A stretch of 62,969 nucleotides of DNA, the filler included. It is 9 parts of 9 records of this genome, joined end to end, with 100 filler letters (N's around TTAATTAATTAA, not from the genome) between each part and the next. Parts side by side here need not be neighbours in the genome. Positions count along the whole stretch, not along the records: positions 1 to 11,395 come from SRR31147125_26051; 8 more parts are not named here. One strand, written 5' to 3'. Positions within the stretch are counted from its first letter, which is position 1. Every line of letters starts with the position of its first letter. The translations under genes were made by a program, and so were the position numbers. Shown one piece after another: positions 1 to 10,545 of the stretch. The notes beneath the pieces were generated by a model. The model was not told where the DNA came from. It worked only from the letters and a program-made list of their open reading frames with translations, and did no database searches.

Positions 1-40
1 AAAAAACCCTTATTCCAAAATCGGATAACGGTTTATTTAA

Positions 41-454
41 TCATTCTTGTGTAATTTTTTTAAGACACCCAGCCAAAACTCCATTTATAAATTTAGGTGA
101 TTTTTCTGAGCAAAATATTTTAGCTATTTCTACAGCTTCGTTTATTGAAACTTTGTTAGGAATTTCATCATAATACAGCATCTCGAGTACAGCAAGACGA
201 AGTACGGATGCATCCGTCCTTGCCATTCTTTCGAAATTCCAAGATTTCAAACTAGCTTTAATTGTTTCATCAATCTTTTCAATGTTTTTTAAAAACAAAT
301 CCATTGTTTCTTCAATGTATAACTTATCCTTATCCTTAAGGTCTTTATCCAATACATCTGCCATAACCTCTATGGTTCTATCTCCAGGCTCGCCAGTAAT
401 ATCGTATTCGTACATCAAAGCAACTAATGTCTGCCTTGCATTTCTTCTACTCAT
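41..454 (-). CDS. nusB: transcription antitermination factor NusB
   Basis: MSRRNAR N-terminus, W-x-x-x-R motif, VSINEAVEIAKIF..SPKFINGVL C-terminus; usual position after spoIIIA-asp23. Confidence 0.95.
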   Translation of the reverse strand: MSRRNARQTLVALMYEYDITGEPGDRTIEVMADVLDKDLKDKDKLYIEETMDLFLKNIEKIDETIKASLKSWNFERMARTDASVLRLAVLEMLYYDEIPNKVSINEAVEIAKIFCSEKSPKFINGVLAGCLKKITQE

Positions 455-517
455 TTTTTTATTTCAACCAAAAAACTTGGCTTTACGCGGGTAAAAAACA
501 TTTCACCCGTCTTCCCC

Positions 518-733
518 TTATCCTTTATAACCAAATAAATTTTTTATTGATGAAATAATCGCTCTTTTATATTCTTTAGGCGATCCAATAAAAGCGCCTA
601 AAAGCACAAACAATAATATAAACAAAGTTCTCCATAAATTAATTGTAAGAATCAAAATAGCAACTATTAAACCTAAGATAGCACCAACAATAATGCCCAT
701 CTTCCCATCAAACATTTCCCTCATACTATCCAC
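518..733 (-). CDS. DUF2273 small membrane protein
   Basis: 71 aa with two hydrophobic segments, between asp23 and nusB as in Firmicutes. Confidence 0.75.
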   Translation of the reverse strand: MDSMREMFDGKMGIIVGAILGLIVAILILTINLWRTLFILLFVLLGAFIGSPKEYKRAIISSIKNLFGYKG

Positions 734-769
734 CTTTTACCCATGCTTGTACGCATTAAAACATTAACG

Positions 770-801
770 ATACAGTCATTAGCCTTCACCAATGACTGTA
801 T
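770..801 (-). terminator. stem-loop downstream of asp23 (terminator-like)
   Basis: Inverted repeat ATACAGTCATT/AATGACTGTAT; no clear U-tail. Confidence 0.45.
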
Positions 802-831
802 GATATTTTATAACAACAAAAATAAAATAAA

Positions 832-1263
832 CTATTTTACACGTTTATCTTGCAAAACATTCTTTTCAGGTTTTTCTTTTTCTTCGCTTTTATCTTCCGT
901 TGCAATATGAACACCTTGAACATTCACATTCACTTCAACAACTTTAAGTCCAGTCATTGTTTCAATAGCTTTTTGAACATTTTTTTGAACCTTGTCAATT
1001 ACTTCTGGTATCAGTGCACCGTATTCGATAATCAAAAACAAATCAACAGCCGCCTCTTCTTTACCAACTTCAACCTTAACGCCCTTTGTATTTGTCTTTT
1101 TACCAAATAGTTCAGTAATACTGTTGCTTATATTTCCACACATCGAACTAACGCCATCAATTTCAACAGCCGCTAGACCAGCAATTGTAGCAATTACATC
1201 ATCTGCATAACAAAGGACACCATGTTCCTCATTAATTTTATTAATATTATCAGCCATTTCCAA
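832..1263 (-). CDS. Asp23/Gls24 family envelope stress protein
   Basis: ADDVIATIAGLAAVEIDGV...KGVKVEVG...IETMTGLKVVEVNVNVQGV; GGAGG RBS upstream. Confidence 0.93.
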   Translation of the reverse strand: MEMADNINKINEEHGVLCYADDVIATIAGLAAVEIDGVSSMCGNISNSITELFGKKTNTKGVKVEVGKEEAAVDLFLIIEYGALIPEVIDKVQKNVQKAIETMTGLKVVEVNVNVQGVHIATEDKSEEKEKPEKNVLQDKRVK

Positions 1264-1500
1264 TATTCCTCCTTAGTGTTTATCAATATTCTATAAACCA
1301 CAATCAATATTATTTAGCAATATAATCAAATAATTATACCAATAAATATCAAAATTATAAAGCCCAATATTGTTAATATAATCAAAACTACTAAATACAA
1401 TTCATTTTCCTAAATTAGTATATCAGAAAAACTATCTCAATACAAACTATCAATTGCTAATATTATAAATATTATTTTGTCATTTGTTTAGTAAAACCAG

Positions 1501-2034
1501 TTACTCTTGCGGCATTATTTTAATATTTCTTGCTGGTTGATCTGTTTCTGTTTTAGCAATATCAAGTATCTCTGCTGCTTGTTTTTCTGTTAAACTTTTT
1601 GTCTTTACAACAATGTTTACTGAATTCGCCTTAACCGTAACAATAGCGTCTTCATATCCTTTTGCTTTTATAAGCCCTTCAAGTGTTAGTTCAATTTCCA
1701 TATTTTTTGTGATCTCGATTTTTTGCATTTGAGCTTCACTCAATACTTCTTGCTCAGTTTTTTCGTTTTCTATTATAGAATCTAAGTGTTCTATCTCCTT
1801 TTGTCTAACATCTTGCCTTTGAACCTTGTACTCCAAAATAGTATCTCCAGATGATATTACAGGCACTTGTAAATCAGTAGATTTAATGCCGTCATCCAAA
1901 TTTTCCTCATACTCATATGTATCAGCATCTACAGCTTGATCTGTGTTTTTAGATAAACTATAGTTTATTATTGCTACTACTACCAAAAGTGCAACCAACC
2001 CAATAACTAAAAATAAATTTTTGTTGTCTTTCAT
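1501..2034 (-). CDS. spoIIIAH: stage III sporulation protein AH
   Basis: N-terminal TM, EGLIKAKGYEDAIV motif, last gene of spoIIIA operon. Confidence 0.9.
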   Translation of the reverse strand: MKDNKNLFLVIGLVALLVVVAIINYSLSKNTDQAVDADTYEYEENLDDGIKSTDLQVPVISSGDTILEYKVQRQDVRQKEIEHLDSIIENEKTEQEVLSEAQMQKIEITKNMEIELTLEGLIKAKGYEDAIVTVKANSVNIVVKTKSLTEKQAAEILDIAKTETDQPARNIKIMPQE

Positions 2035-2110
2035 ATTAAATCTCTTTCCTTTCGTTGTAACTATTCATAAAACAAAAAAACAAACAGTCATGAAAATAAA
2101 GTTTTTTATA

Positions 2111-2704
2111 CTAAAAATCCTTATTCATTTCATATACTTCAACTTTTTCGGGCGGGATATTAAGCAAAGTGCAAACAGCATTAAGTAGATCCATCTTAAC
2201 TCTTATATCATCAGCTCCCATAGCAATAACAACAACACCTTGAACAACTGCAGATTTTTCCTTTAATATCAATGCCGTATCGTTAGAGCTGTTTCGAATA
2301 GTTACAATCTCGTCTTGTTTGTTTTCTGTTTTAGACGCTGTATTTCCACCTGCATCTTGACTTACGCTAGTTTGAATATCCGAAACCGTTGCAGGTACAA
2401 GCTCCTTGCTGTACTCATAGCTTACAATAACTTTCACCTTTCCTGCTCCTTTAATAAGTGATAATTTCTGTTCCATAACAGATTCTAAGTTATCGTTTAG
2501 CCCATCCCCATTCTCAAGTTTGTCTTGCTCTTTTGTAGAAAAGCTAGATTTTAAAAATGCTAGACTTGAACCAGAGGAAAAGTACAACAAAAGAATTATT
2601 GCTGCAACTAAAATAATAAGTGTTACTTTTCTCTTGTCTGTTTTTTCTGTTTTGTCATTGTTTTTTTGCATCTGTTGTTTCTCAACATTTATGCTCATAT
2701 CCAA
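2111..2704 (-). CDS. spoIIIAG: stage III sporulation protein AG
   Basis: LSLIKGAGKVKVIVS...VQGVVVIAMGADD motifs; operon position. Confidence 0.9.
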   Translation of the reverse strand: MDMSINVEKQQMQKNNDKTEKTDKRKVTLIILVAAIILLLYFSSGSSLAFLKSSFSTKEQDKLENGDGLNDNLESVMEQKLSLIKGAGKVKVIVSYEYSKELVPATVSDIQTSVSQDAGGNTASKTENKQDEIVTIRNSSNDTALILKEKSAVVQGVVVIAMGADDIRVKMDLLNAVCTLLNIPPEKVEVYEMNKDF

Positions 2705-2760
2705 ATTAAAAAGTTCCCTAATAAAGTCGAAAAGCAGTTTTGATTTTTTTTACTGCTTAT

Positions 2761-3057
2761 TTAATTATTATTTTGTTGGTCAACATAATATTCATCAAAA
2801 TAATACCTTGAGTAAAACTGATCTCCATCCGACAAACTACTTTCGTTTTCAAACGTGAACTCTTCAACATCAAAGCTTTCACGATTTTTAGCTAAATGAA
2901 CTATTGGAGAAAATATAAGAATCATCAGTATCAGACCACAAATTTTAATGATGTATTTTTTAACATCTGTTTCTGGCAAAACTAAATCAACTATGGTTAT
3001 CATTATAATTCCGCTGGTTAAAGATATAATAAACTCAGAAACAAATTTTTCTATCAT
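2761..3057 (-). CDS. spoIIIAF: stage III sporulation protein AF (short form)
   Basis: IVDLVLPE...KKYI..ICGLILMILIFSPI; lies between AE and AG. Confidence 0.8.
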   Translation of the reverse strand: MIEKFVSEFIISLTSGIIMITIVDLVLPETDVKKYIIKICGLILMILIFSPIVHLAKNRESFDVEEFTFENESSLSDGDQFYSRYYFDEYYVDQQNNN

Positions 3058-3096
3058 ACAAAGCCTCTTTTCTTTATTTGCACAAAAAATTCAATA

Positions 3097-4299
3097 TCAC
3101 CTTATCATTACATTCATATTGCTTGTAGATATTATTAAGCTAATGGTTATAAAAAACATCGCGCTAATTACAATCATGATGATTAGAGCATATGTAAGAG
3201 CATCTGAAAAGTCACTTAGAACATTTGATACTTGCTTTTGTCCTATCGGCTGTAACACAGAGCTTGTAAGCTTTAAAAGCATACTGCACCCAGCAATATT
3301 TAAAATGGGCCTTAAAACAACGCCAAACATAATAATAAGCCCACTTATGCCAACTGCATTTTTTAACAGCAGAGCACAAACAGCAACTGTATCCACAGTG
3401 TCAGATATCGCGCCGCCTATATATGGAACAACCTTTGATATCGTAAACTTTGTCACCTTAAGCGAAACACCATCAAAGCCACCTCCTACAAGTCCTCTTA
3501 TCTTTACAACACCCAAAAACACAACAAACAATATTCCAAGCCCCCATTTAACAATAGACTTTATCATAGAAGAAAAGTTTGAAATGTTTATTTTGTCACT
3601 TATATTGTCTAATATACTAAATACAATAATAAGCAACACCATCGGCATAAAAGCATTTTTAATGACAAGTGTTATAAATGATGTTAAAAATGCTATTATT
3701 GGTGTAAAAATAGCTGATGATACTATACCGCCCATACTTGCTGTTAATGCTGCAAGTATGGGAAAAAGAACTTGAACAAAGTCTGATAGGCCATCTATTG
3801 TTTGCGTTACAACATTAAAGCAAGACATCATAATTTTGCCCGCTATGCTAATTACTATTATGTACTGAGCATAAACAGTAGCGGTTTGTATTTGCGATTT
3901 ATTTTTTCCGTATCCAAAATCATTTAGTATAGAAAAAACTGCACAAATAACTACAATAACCAATACTGGAACTATATTTTTATTTATTTCATTAAAAAAC
4001 AAATCAAGTATTGCTAAAAGTACATCCTGAACGTCGATATCAACATTTCCGCTAGCCATGCCTTTTATTATTTCTTTTAGAGACTTTCCTTTTGTTATAA
4101 AAAAAAGCTCATCAGTATAGCTAGAATACTCACCTTCAATATCAAATAGGTCTATATTAGAAAGCATGGAGTCTATGCCTCTTTCTATTTGTACAGTGGT
4201 TTGCTCTTCAACCGTATTTATTTGCTCTTCATTTTGCGCAATTGCAAAAATCGGAGAAACTAAAATGAGTATTACAATCATTAATATATTCTTTTTCAA
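3097..4299 (-). CDS. spoIIIAE: stage III sporulation protein AE
   Basis: Polytopic membrane protein with VPYIGGAISD...LLKNAVG motif; TTG start overlaps spoIIIAD stop. Confidence 0.93.
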   Translation of the reverse strand: MKKNILMIVILILVSPIFAIAQNEEQINTVEEQTTVQIERGIDSMLSNIDLFDIEGEYSSYTDELFFITKGKSLKEIIKGMASGNVDIDVQDVLLAILDLFFNEINKNIVPVLVIVVICAVFSILNDFGYGKNKSQIQTATVYAQYIIVISIAGKIMMSCFNVVTQTIDGLSDFVQVLFPILAALTASMGGIVSSAIFTPIIAFLTSFITLVIKNAFMPMVLLIIVFSILDNISDKINISNFSSMIKSIVKWGLGILFVVFLGVVKIRGLVGGGFDGVSLKVTKFTISKVVPYIGGAISDTVDTVAVCALLLKNAVGISGLIIMFGVVLRPILNIAGCSMLLKLTSSVLQPIGQKQVSNVLSDFSDALTYALIIMIVISAMFFITISLIISTSNMNVMIR

Positions 4300-4685
4300 T
4301 TTATCAGACCAAAAATCATATCAAAAAACACTTTGAAAAGCGGTAGTGATATGACTACAATTATTATCTTTGTTCCAATCTCAACCTTCGCGGCAACAGA
4401 TGATTCTCCTGCATCTTTTAAAATACTAACTGCAAACTCGCTAAGATACGCTATTCCAACAACTTTTAAGACAATATTTAAATATTCAAATGGTATATTA
4501 TACTTATTTGATATTTGCTTTATAAAATCGACAGCAATTATTAAATAATCTATAACCAAAGCAAATATAATAAGGCCAGTTACTAGCCCAATCTGAATAG
4601 CAAACTCTGGGCTTTGCTTTTTTACATATATGCTTAAAAGTCCTCCAACAAACCCTATTGCTACTATTTTTATAACGTCTGTCAT
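4296..4685 (-). CDS. spoIIIAD: stage III sporulation protein AD
   Basis: LKVVGIAYLSEF...KDAGESSVAAKVE motif. Confidence 0.95.
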   Translation of the reverse strand: MTDVIKIVAIGFVGGLLSIYVKKQSPEFAIQIGLVTGLIIFALVIDYLIIAVDFIKQISNKYNIPFEYLNIVLKVVGIAYLSEFAVSILKDAGESSVAAKVEIGTKIIIVVISLPLFKVFFDMIFGLIN

Positions 4686-4883
4686 TTAGTAAAGCCCAAA
4701 TATTCTTTTAATTGTTTCAAACAAGTTATAAATAACATCAATAACCATCAAAAGTACAACAACAAGCCCAGCAATCGATACTAGCGTTGCTATATCATCT
4801 CGGTCAGCTCTTTTTAAAAGCTGTGTTAAAACCGATATCAATATTCCTATTGCTGCAATTTTAAAAACAATATCTATGCTCAT
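4686..4883 (-). CDS. spoIIIAC: stage III sporulation protein AC
   Basis: MSIDIVFKIAAIGILISVLTQLLKRADR; GAGG RBS before ATG 4883. Confidence 0.95.
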   Translation of the reverse strand: MSIDIVFKIAAIGILISVLTQLLKRADRDDIATLVSIAGLVVVLLMVIDVIYNLFETIKRIFGLY

Positions 4884-4918
4884 GTTATACAACCTCAATA
4901 TTTTATTTATTTTACATC

Positions 4919-5437
4919 TCATACCATTAAGATGACGAAAAACAAACCTATAACTATTCCAAACTTTTTGTATAGCTGCTGCTTCTTTTTTGTTTTATAT
5001 CTTTCATTTTTTATATATTCGTATAGTCTTGTTAAATACCTCTCAAAATCACTTTCTGCCTTAACCGATCTAAGTGATGATAAAATATATGCAAAGTCAA
5101 TAATTACATTGCCGTCCTCTTTCTCTACTCTGTGTAATGCATTTTGCTTAACAGCTATTATCCAAGCATCATCTATTTTTTGATATGGAGATTCTTTTAT
5201 ATTGTCATATATGTTGTTGTAGATATTCGATAACACACTATTTTCAGTTTTTTGTAATTTTTCCAATACATATAACACATCCTTTTCCTGCTTAATTGCC
5301 ATTTGAAAAAATAGACTTGTGCTTTGATAAAAGCAATCCAGCGTATCCAGTCTTTTTTCTAATCCTGCAGTCAAATATTTAGAAACATAAAGGCACGAAT
5401 AGAAAACCGCACCTATTGCAATAATTTTTATTATCAT
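4919..5437 (-). CDS. spoIIIAB: stage III sporulation protein AB
   Basis: N- and C-terminal TM segments, LYKKFGIVIGL tail; position between AA and AC. Confidence 0.8.
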   Translation of the reverse strand: MIIKIIAIGAVFYSCLYVSKYLTAGLEKRLDTLDCFYQSTSLFFQMAIKQEKDVLYVLEKLQKTENSVLSNIYNNIYDNIKESPYQKIDDAWIIAVKQNALHRVEKEDGNVIIDFAYILSSLRSVKAESDFERYLTRLYEYIKNERYKTKKKQQLYKKFGIVIGLFFVILMV

Positions 5438-6372
5438 ATCAATCTAAATGGTTTTGTACATATAGGCTTCAGGTTTTCATCCAAAACACATGTCACCGTG
5501 CCTCTTCCAAGCAAGTCGCCCAATACAATAAACCTTTCTATTATCCTTTCATTTAATATTTCTAAAAAATATCTCCTTTTTTTAAAACTTTCTATATCAT
5601 ACGTATGTGCTGTTGCTACAATCTTCACCCCACAATTAACTATTTCAAATATAGCTTTTGCATCATCTTTTGTGCCCACTTCATCCATAATAATTACTTG
5701 TGGTGACATTGACCGTAAAGCCATAAAAACCGCAATATCTTTCTTTATACCTATAGATGCATCGCTATATTTCCCAATATCAAATTGACTATTTTTACCA
5801 CAAAGTTCTCCCCGTTCGTCGATAACGAAAACTTTCTTTTGCTTTAAAGCCTCACCATCACTGATTGATTTTGCTATATCCCTAACTAAAGTTGTCTTAC
5901 CACAGTTTGGTGGTGATAAAATAATAGTATTTAAAAAGTTGTTACCTTGATATATGTATGGCATCACGCATTTAGAGATTCCTGTTATTTGTCTTGGGAT
6001 TCTTATGTTTATGTATCCAAAGTTTCTAATAGAACTGAGCTTTCCGTCTTCATAGATCCCTTCTCCACTTATACCAACCCTAATGCCCCCCTCTATTGTT
6101 ATAAATCCATTTTTAATATCCTTATCAAAAGCAAACAATGAATGATTACAAAAAGCGCATATAATATCCTCTATATCACTATAGGAAAATATAAATTCTC
6201 CATTGTTGTATGGATTTATTACGCAGAAGTTTTTTGACGCAGTATGAATAACACAAGGCTTATTTGCTCTTATCCTTATCTCCTCTATAATTTCTGTTTT
6301 AGAAGCTAATATAATGGCTTTTTTAAACGCTGCATCAAAATACTTTAAAACAATATCGATAGCCTGTTCCAT
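5434..6372 (-). CDS. spoIIIAA: stage III sporulation protein AA (ATPase)
   Basis: EEIRIRANKP, GFITIEGGIRVG, SPPNCGKTT Walker A, IDERGE, RSMSPQVIIMDE. Confidence 0.95.
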   Translation of the reverse strand: MEQAIDIVLKYFDAAFKKAIILASKTEIIEEIRIRANKPCVIHTASKNFCVINPYNNGEFIFSYSDIEDIICAFCNHSLFAFDKDIKNGFITIEGGIRVGISGEGIYEDGKLSSIRNFGYINIRIPRQITGISKCVMPYIYQGNNFLNTIILSPPNCGKTTLVRDIAKSISDGEALKQKKVFVIDERGELCGKNSQFDIGKYSDASIGIKKDIAVFMALRSMSPQVIIMDEVGTKDDAKAIFEIVNCGVKIVATAHTYDIESFKKRRYFLEILNERIIERFIVLGDLLGRGTVTCVLDENLKPICTKPFRLI

Positions 6373-6377
6373 ATTAG

Positions 6378-6404
6378 ATTATATTATCTGCTTAGTATAA
6401 ATAT
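6378..6404 (-). promoter_or_regulatory. putative sigma-E promoter of spoIIIA operon
   Basis: ATA-16 nt-AATATAAT on minus strand, resembling sigE consensus ATA-16/18-cATAcanT. Confidence 0.45.
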
Positions 6405-6530
6405 TACTATCGCAGCAAAGTACAAATGATAATTTTACATAAAAAAACAGCGTGCAAGTTATGTTTTACCGCTGTATGATTTGAGCTTGTATTAATATGT
6501 TTTTTTTATTTAGAACGAATAAAACATTTC

Positions 6531-7558
6531 TTAGAGTATTTCATCTAAAATTTTCCATTTAATAGAAGCAACTCCAAACCCAATAATGGTTAATAGGACT
6601 ATAATTATTATATAAAGTGGTGTCTGAGCAAGATCGAAATAATCTCTTATAAATGGTATAAAAAGAGGATGGCTAAGATATATAAAACTGGATACTTTTC
6701 TAAATTTATCTCCGTTTTTAAACTGGAACTTGATTGGATTTTTAAGCAATAATGACAGCAAACTAAAAATTACAAGATATATAGAAATAGACAATATAAA
6801 CGATTTTGAAATACCTGTTGTATAGACAATATAAACTTCTATAAAATATAATAGAAGAAACACTATAAAGGCAATGAGTAGTTTGTTTTTTTCAATACAG
6901 CGCTTAACATTAAATTTATAAACAAAGTAGCCCATCATGAAAAATGGAATGTTCATAAGAAACATTCTTCTAAGTAGTCTTGCATCAGTATTATTCATTA
7001 TCCAATCAATAAGTGTCATATCTTTTACAATTCCATAATAGGATGTTATGCACAAACCTAAAACATATAACGCTAGTGATACATATGCAAATTGCTTTAA
7101 TACTTTAAACTTGTTCGCAATCGTTGATAAGATTAATGCAATAAAGAGTGCAGGAAAAAACCAAAGTTGATAAAAACTCCCATCAATAAAAAACATTCTT
7201 ACGCATTGCAACATAAATGGTACTAGATCAAATGTATGAATATAAATAGAATATGCAGCTTGGAATATAAAATAAATTAAAGACCAAAAAACATATACTT
7301 TTAACAGTCTGAGGAAATATTTTTTGAAGTTAGCCCTTCCTTCTTCCATGGACTTTATATAAAAATATCCAGAAACCGCAAAAAAGAAAGGAACACCAAT
7401 ATAAGCAAATACAGAGGATAGTATTAAAAATAGAGTTTCACTAATATCTCTACCTGGATGCGTATGTATTGCAACAACCATATAGGAACATATAATGCGC
7501 ATCAAATCTATCGAATAATTTTTTTCTTTTGTAAAGTGTTCAAATTGCTTTCAGACAT
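6531..7558 (-). CDS. acyltransferase family 3 membrane protein (apparent 1-nt frameshift near 5' end)
   Basis: IDLMRI...VVAIH, VPFFFAVSGYF, YQLWFFPALF, IYLSHP; ATG 7558 with GAGGG RBS joins the main frame if one base is added to the run at 7519-7525. Confidence 0.85.
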
Positions 7559-7863
7559 ATATCCCTCAGCTTATAATTAATAGCTAAATACTACAACATA
7601 TCCCTCGCTTTATCAACTTTTTTTGACAAAAATATTTTATATTTGACTAAAAGAATTATTATTTATATTGTTTCATAGATGTGTACCATCTACAGAGTAA
7701 AAACAACATCAACTACTGTATTTTAACCAAACTTATTAGTAAACCACATGGTTTAGTCTTTAGTAATGCAAAAAAGTACGCTTTGTCATTTAATATAGAA
7801 AAATATAAAAACAACGCCTAAATACATTAAACGTTGTTATGATAATGCTTTATAATTTAGTAT

Positions 7864-9762
7864 TTATACATCTATAAATACTTTTTGAATAACATCAATA
7901 TCCTCTTTTATCATCTTACCAGTATCTGTATCTTTAACTCTTAGCCTATTCTCATGTTGGTCACAGCTGCTTGTATAAAACAACACATCTCTCTCTTCAT
8001 CAATAATCTTTTGTTTAGATATAAATCTCTCGTGTTGAGCAATATCCAAGCTATACGAATCATAAATTAGCGTATACCCAGCAATACCAGTTACAGATTC
8101 ATAAGCAGGGTTAAGCCCTCCATCTATAACAATAAGTCTTCCATTTGCCTTAACTGGCGTTTCCCCATCTTTTACTTTAACTGGTACATGACCATTAATA
8201 ATGTGAGAAAACTCATCTTCAATCCCAAACTCTTTTAAAACCTCTATACATTTTTCTTCGTCTTCTCTAAATGAATAGTACGGATTTCTTATTTCTTTAT
8301 GGGTAGATTTATCAGCCACAAAATAAGTTTCGAAAGTCTTCATGTTGTCTTTTCCAAATAAAGGCGACATAGAACCCAGCCATAAATACCATAGAATATC
8401 GTGATCTTTTCTTGTATTATATGCATTTTTAACAGCATCATCAAACCTATCCATAGCTTCCTTCCCTGTTGGTGCATCTTCAAAAACAGTAACTTTAGTA
8501 AAGCTGCCATCTTCATTCATAGGAACACACCCATGTAAAATAAGATTTGAATTATACTTTAAATACATCGATCCAGTTTTCATAAGAAACTCTAAATGAT
8601 CCTGAAGCTTTTCATTATAGATAAACGATTTTCTTAGTCTATCCATTACTTCAAACTCTCCTGGTGTTAACTTATAAGGGTTTTTCTTATCTATTGTAGG
8701 AAAGCTTGTATCTTTTAAATCATAAAGAGTACCATCAATATCTATCTTGCCTTTTTCAAAGTCGATTTTATCTAAAAGCAATCTATCATCCATATTATAG
8801 TTGGGGTTGTTTTTTATTATATTCCCTTCGGTCTTAAGCTGCATAATAGTAATAGCTTTATGCATTTTAGCAAAGAGTTTCTTTTCGTATCCCGCAAGCC
8901 CATCTTGACGTTTAACCTTAAAGCAATCACAAGGGTTATCCGCATACACTTTTGATGCAAATCCAGCAAGAGGACGCAAGTTTATTCCATAACCCTCTTC
9001 TAATAGCTCAATAATCCCGTATCTTGCACTCACACGTATTACAGTTGCAATACAAGCTAAGTTACCAAGCGCTGCTCCCATCCATACTATATCATGGTTC
9101 CCCCACTGAACATCAACGCTATGATAGTTCATAAGTTCATCCAATATTAAATGCGGCCCGTCGCCTCTATCATATATATCGCCTACAACATGTAATCTGT
9201 CAATAGATAATCTATGAATGACTTTACATATGCTACAAATAAAATCCTCTGCTTCGCCGATATTAATAATGCTTTTTATGATAGACTCAAAGTAATGCTT
9301 TTTATTTACGCTGTGTTCAGATTCATGCAAAAGCTCTTCCATTATGTATTTAAACTTATCTGGTATGGCTTTTCTAACTTTTGATCTAGTATACTTACTT
9401 GATGAATATCGGCACAATCTTATAAGCTTAAACAAAACATCTTCGTACCATTCCTCCATCACTACGCCATTATCTTTAGATTTTTTAATCATCTCTTCAG
9501 GATAATATATTATTATCGAAAGCCTTTGTTTTTGAATTGGGCTTAAATCGTCTCTAAACTCAATATCAATCGCTTTTTTTATCGCACCAGATGAGTTTCT
9601 TATCATATGCGAAAAAGCTTCATCTTGGCCATGCAGATCAGATACAAAGTGTTCTGTCCCTTTAGGAAGATTCAGTATTGCTTTTAGGTTTATAATCTCC
9701 GTTATTGCTTCATCATGTGTTTCAAACTGCCTAAGCAGCAATCTTTTGTATATTGATTTCAT
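7864..9762 (-). CDS. fbp: fructose-1,6-bisphosphatase class 3
   Basis: LNLPKGTEHFVSDLHG, GDIYDRG, VDVQWGNHD, HIINGHVPVK, VIDGG; AAAGGAG RBS before ATG 9762. Confidence 0.95.
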   Translation of the reverse strand: MKSIYKRLLLRQFETHDEAITEIINLKAILNLPKGTEHFVSDLHGQDEAFSHMIRNSSGAIKKAIDIEFRDDLSPIQKQRLSIIIYYPEEMIKKSKDNGVVMEEWYEDVLFKLIRLCRYSSSKYTRSKVRKAIPDKFKYIMEELLHESEHSVNKKHYFESIIKSIINIGEAEDFICSICKVIHRLSIDRLHVVGDIYDRGDGPHLILDELMNYHSVDVQWGNHDIVWMGAALGNLACIATVIRVSARYGIIELLEEGYGINLRPLAGFASKVYADNPCDCFKVKRQDGLAGYEKKLFAKMHKAITIMQLKTEGNIIKNNPNYNMDDRLLLDKIDFEKGKIDIDGTLYDLKDTSFPTIDKKNPYKLTPGEFEVMDRLRKSFIYNEKLQDHLEFLMKTGSMYLKYNSNLILHGCVPMNEDGSFTKVTVFEDAPTGKEAMDRFDDAVKNAYNTRKDHDILWYLWLGSMSPLFGKDNMKTFETYFVADKSTHKEIRNPYYSFREDEEKCIEVLKEFGIEDEFSHIINGHVPVKVKDGETPVKANGRLIVIDGGLNPAYESVTGIAGYTLIYDSYSLDIAQHERFISKQKIIDEERDVLFYTSSCDQHENRLRVKDTDTGKMIKEDIDVIQKVFIDV

Positions 9763-9890
9763 CAATATCTCCTTTTTACTATTTACTTTTTTGTTTTTAT
9801 GCTTTATATTTTTATGAAAATCTTTAAATCCTATCAAATTTGTATCATTTAATCCTTTTATGTTGCATTACGCATTGCATATTTCTTTTA

Positions 9891-10358
9891 TTATTTTCCA
9901 ATCCTCAAGTTTTTTTGATACGATATTGCATGGGCTGGACTTGTTGAAGGAAGCTTAATATATTTTTTTGACTGGTTTAGTCCCACATGCTTTTTATATA
10001 CATTATATGCTTTTGTTCCATTAAAACATATATACTCAATATCCCTATATTCATCAAAAAGAGTCTCAAAATCGTTCGCTACTTCGTTTTTAATATGACT
10101 ATCTAAGCTGCCTTGTCTTGTACAGCTAGCAATCACATCCCAAATTGCTATTTTATTATTGATTGCTGTCTTCTTTTTTATATCATAATCATCAATATAA
10201 TCACAATCAAACACATCAAAAATAATACGCCAAAACGCATTTCTTTTGTGTGCATAATACTGCATCTTTTCTAGGGAAGTTACGCTTGGCATAGAACCTA
10301 ACACCAACACCTTTGCACCTTTTTGGATAATTGGTAAGAATGATTTGATATTTTCCAT
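9891..10358 (-). CDS. uracil/hypoxanthine DNA glycosylase family protein (DNA-deoxyinosine glycosylase-like)
   Basis: LGSMPS..S...QYYAH.RNAFW, IWDVIASC.R.GSLDS, LPSTSPA; C-terminus probably frameshifted at 9910-9916. Confidence 0.88.
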   Translation of the reverse strand: MENIKSFLPIIQKGAKVLVLGSMPSVTSLEKMQYYAHKRNAFWRIIFDVFDCDYIDDYDIKKKTAINNKIAIWDVIASCTRQGSLDSHIKNEVANDFETLFDEYRDIEYICFNGTKAYNVYKKHVGLNQSKKYIKLPSTSPAHAISYQKNLRIGK

Positions 10359-10504
10359 ATAATATATATTACCATAATTTTTTTAGTTTAGGTAGAAATA
10401 CTATATAATATAATTATATAAATATAAATATTGACAACTTAATTTACAAAACTTAATTTGTTTGCTTAAGTTTATTTATTATTGTTTTAAATAGACAATT
10501 ATTA

Positions 10505-10513
10505 TGCTATAAT
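10505..10513 (+). promoter_or_regulatory. extended -10 promoter element
   Basis: TGCTATAAT about 30 nt upstream of the nfnA-like start. Confidence 0.55.
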
Positions 10514-10545
10514 GCTCAATAAAAATGTTTATTGGAGTTTTGTGT

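Noticed and set aside
2948-3775. 275-aa + strand ORF, and similar ones such as 16983-17534, 29036-29614 and 38367-38942
   Set aside because: Antisense shadows of well-supported genes (spoIIIAE, rbsK, oadB, cutC/ThuA) with no recognisable motifs
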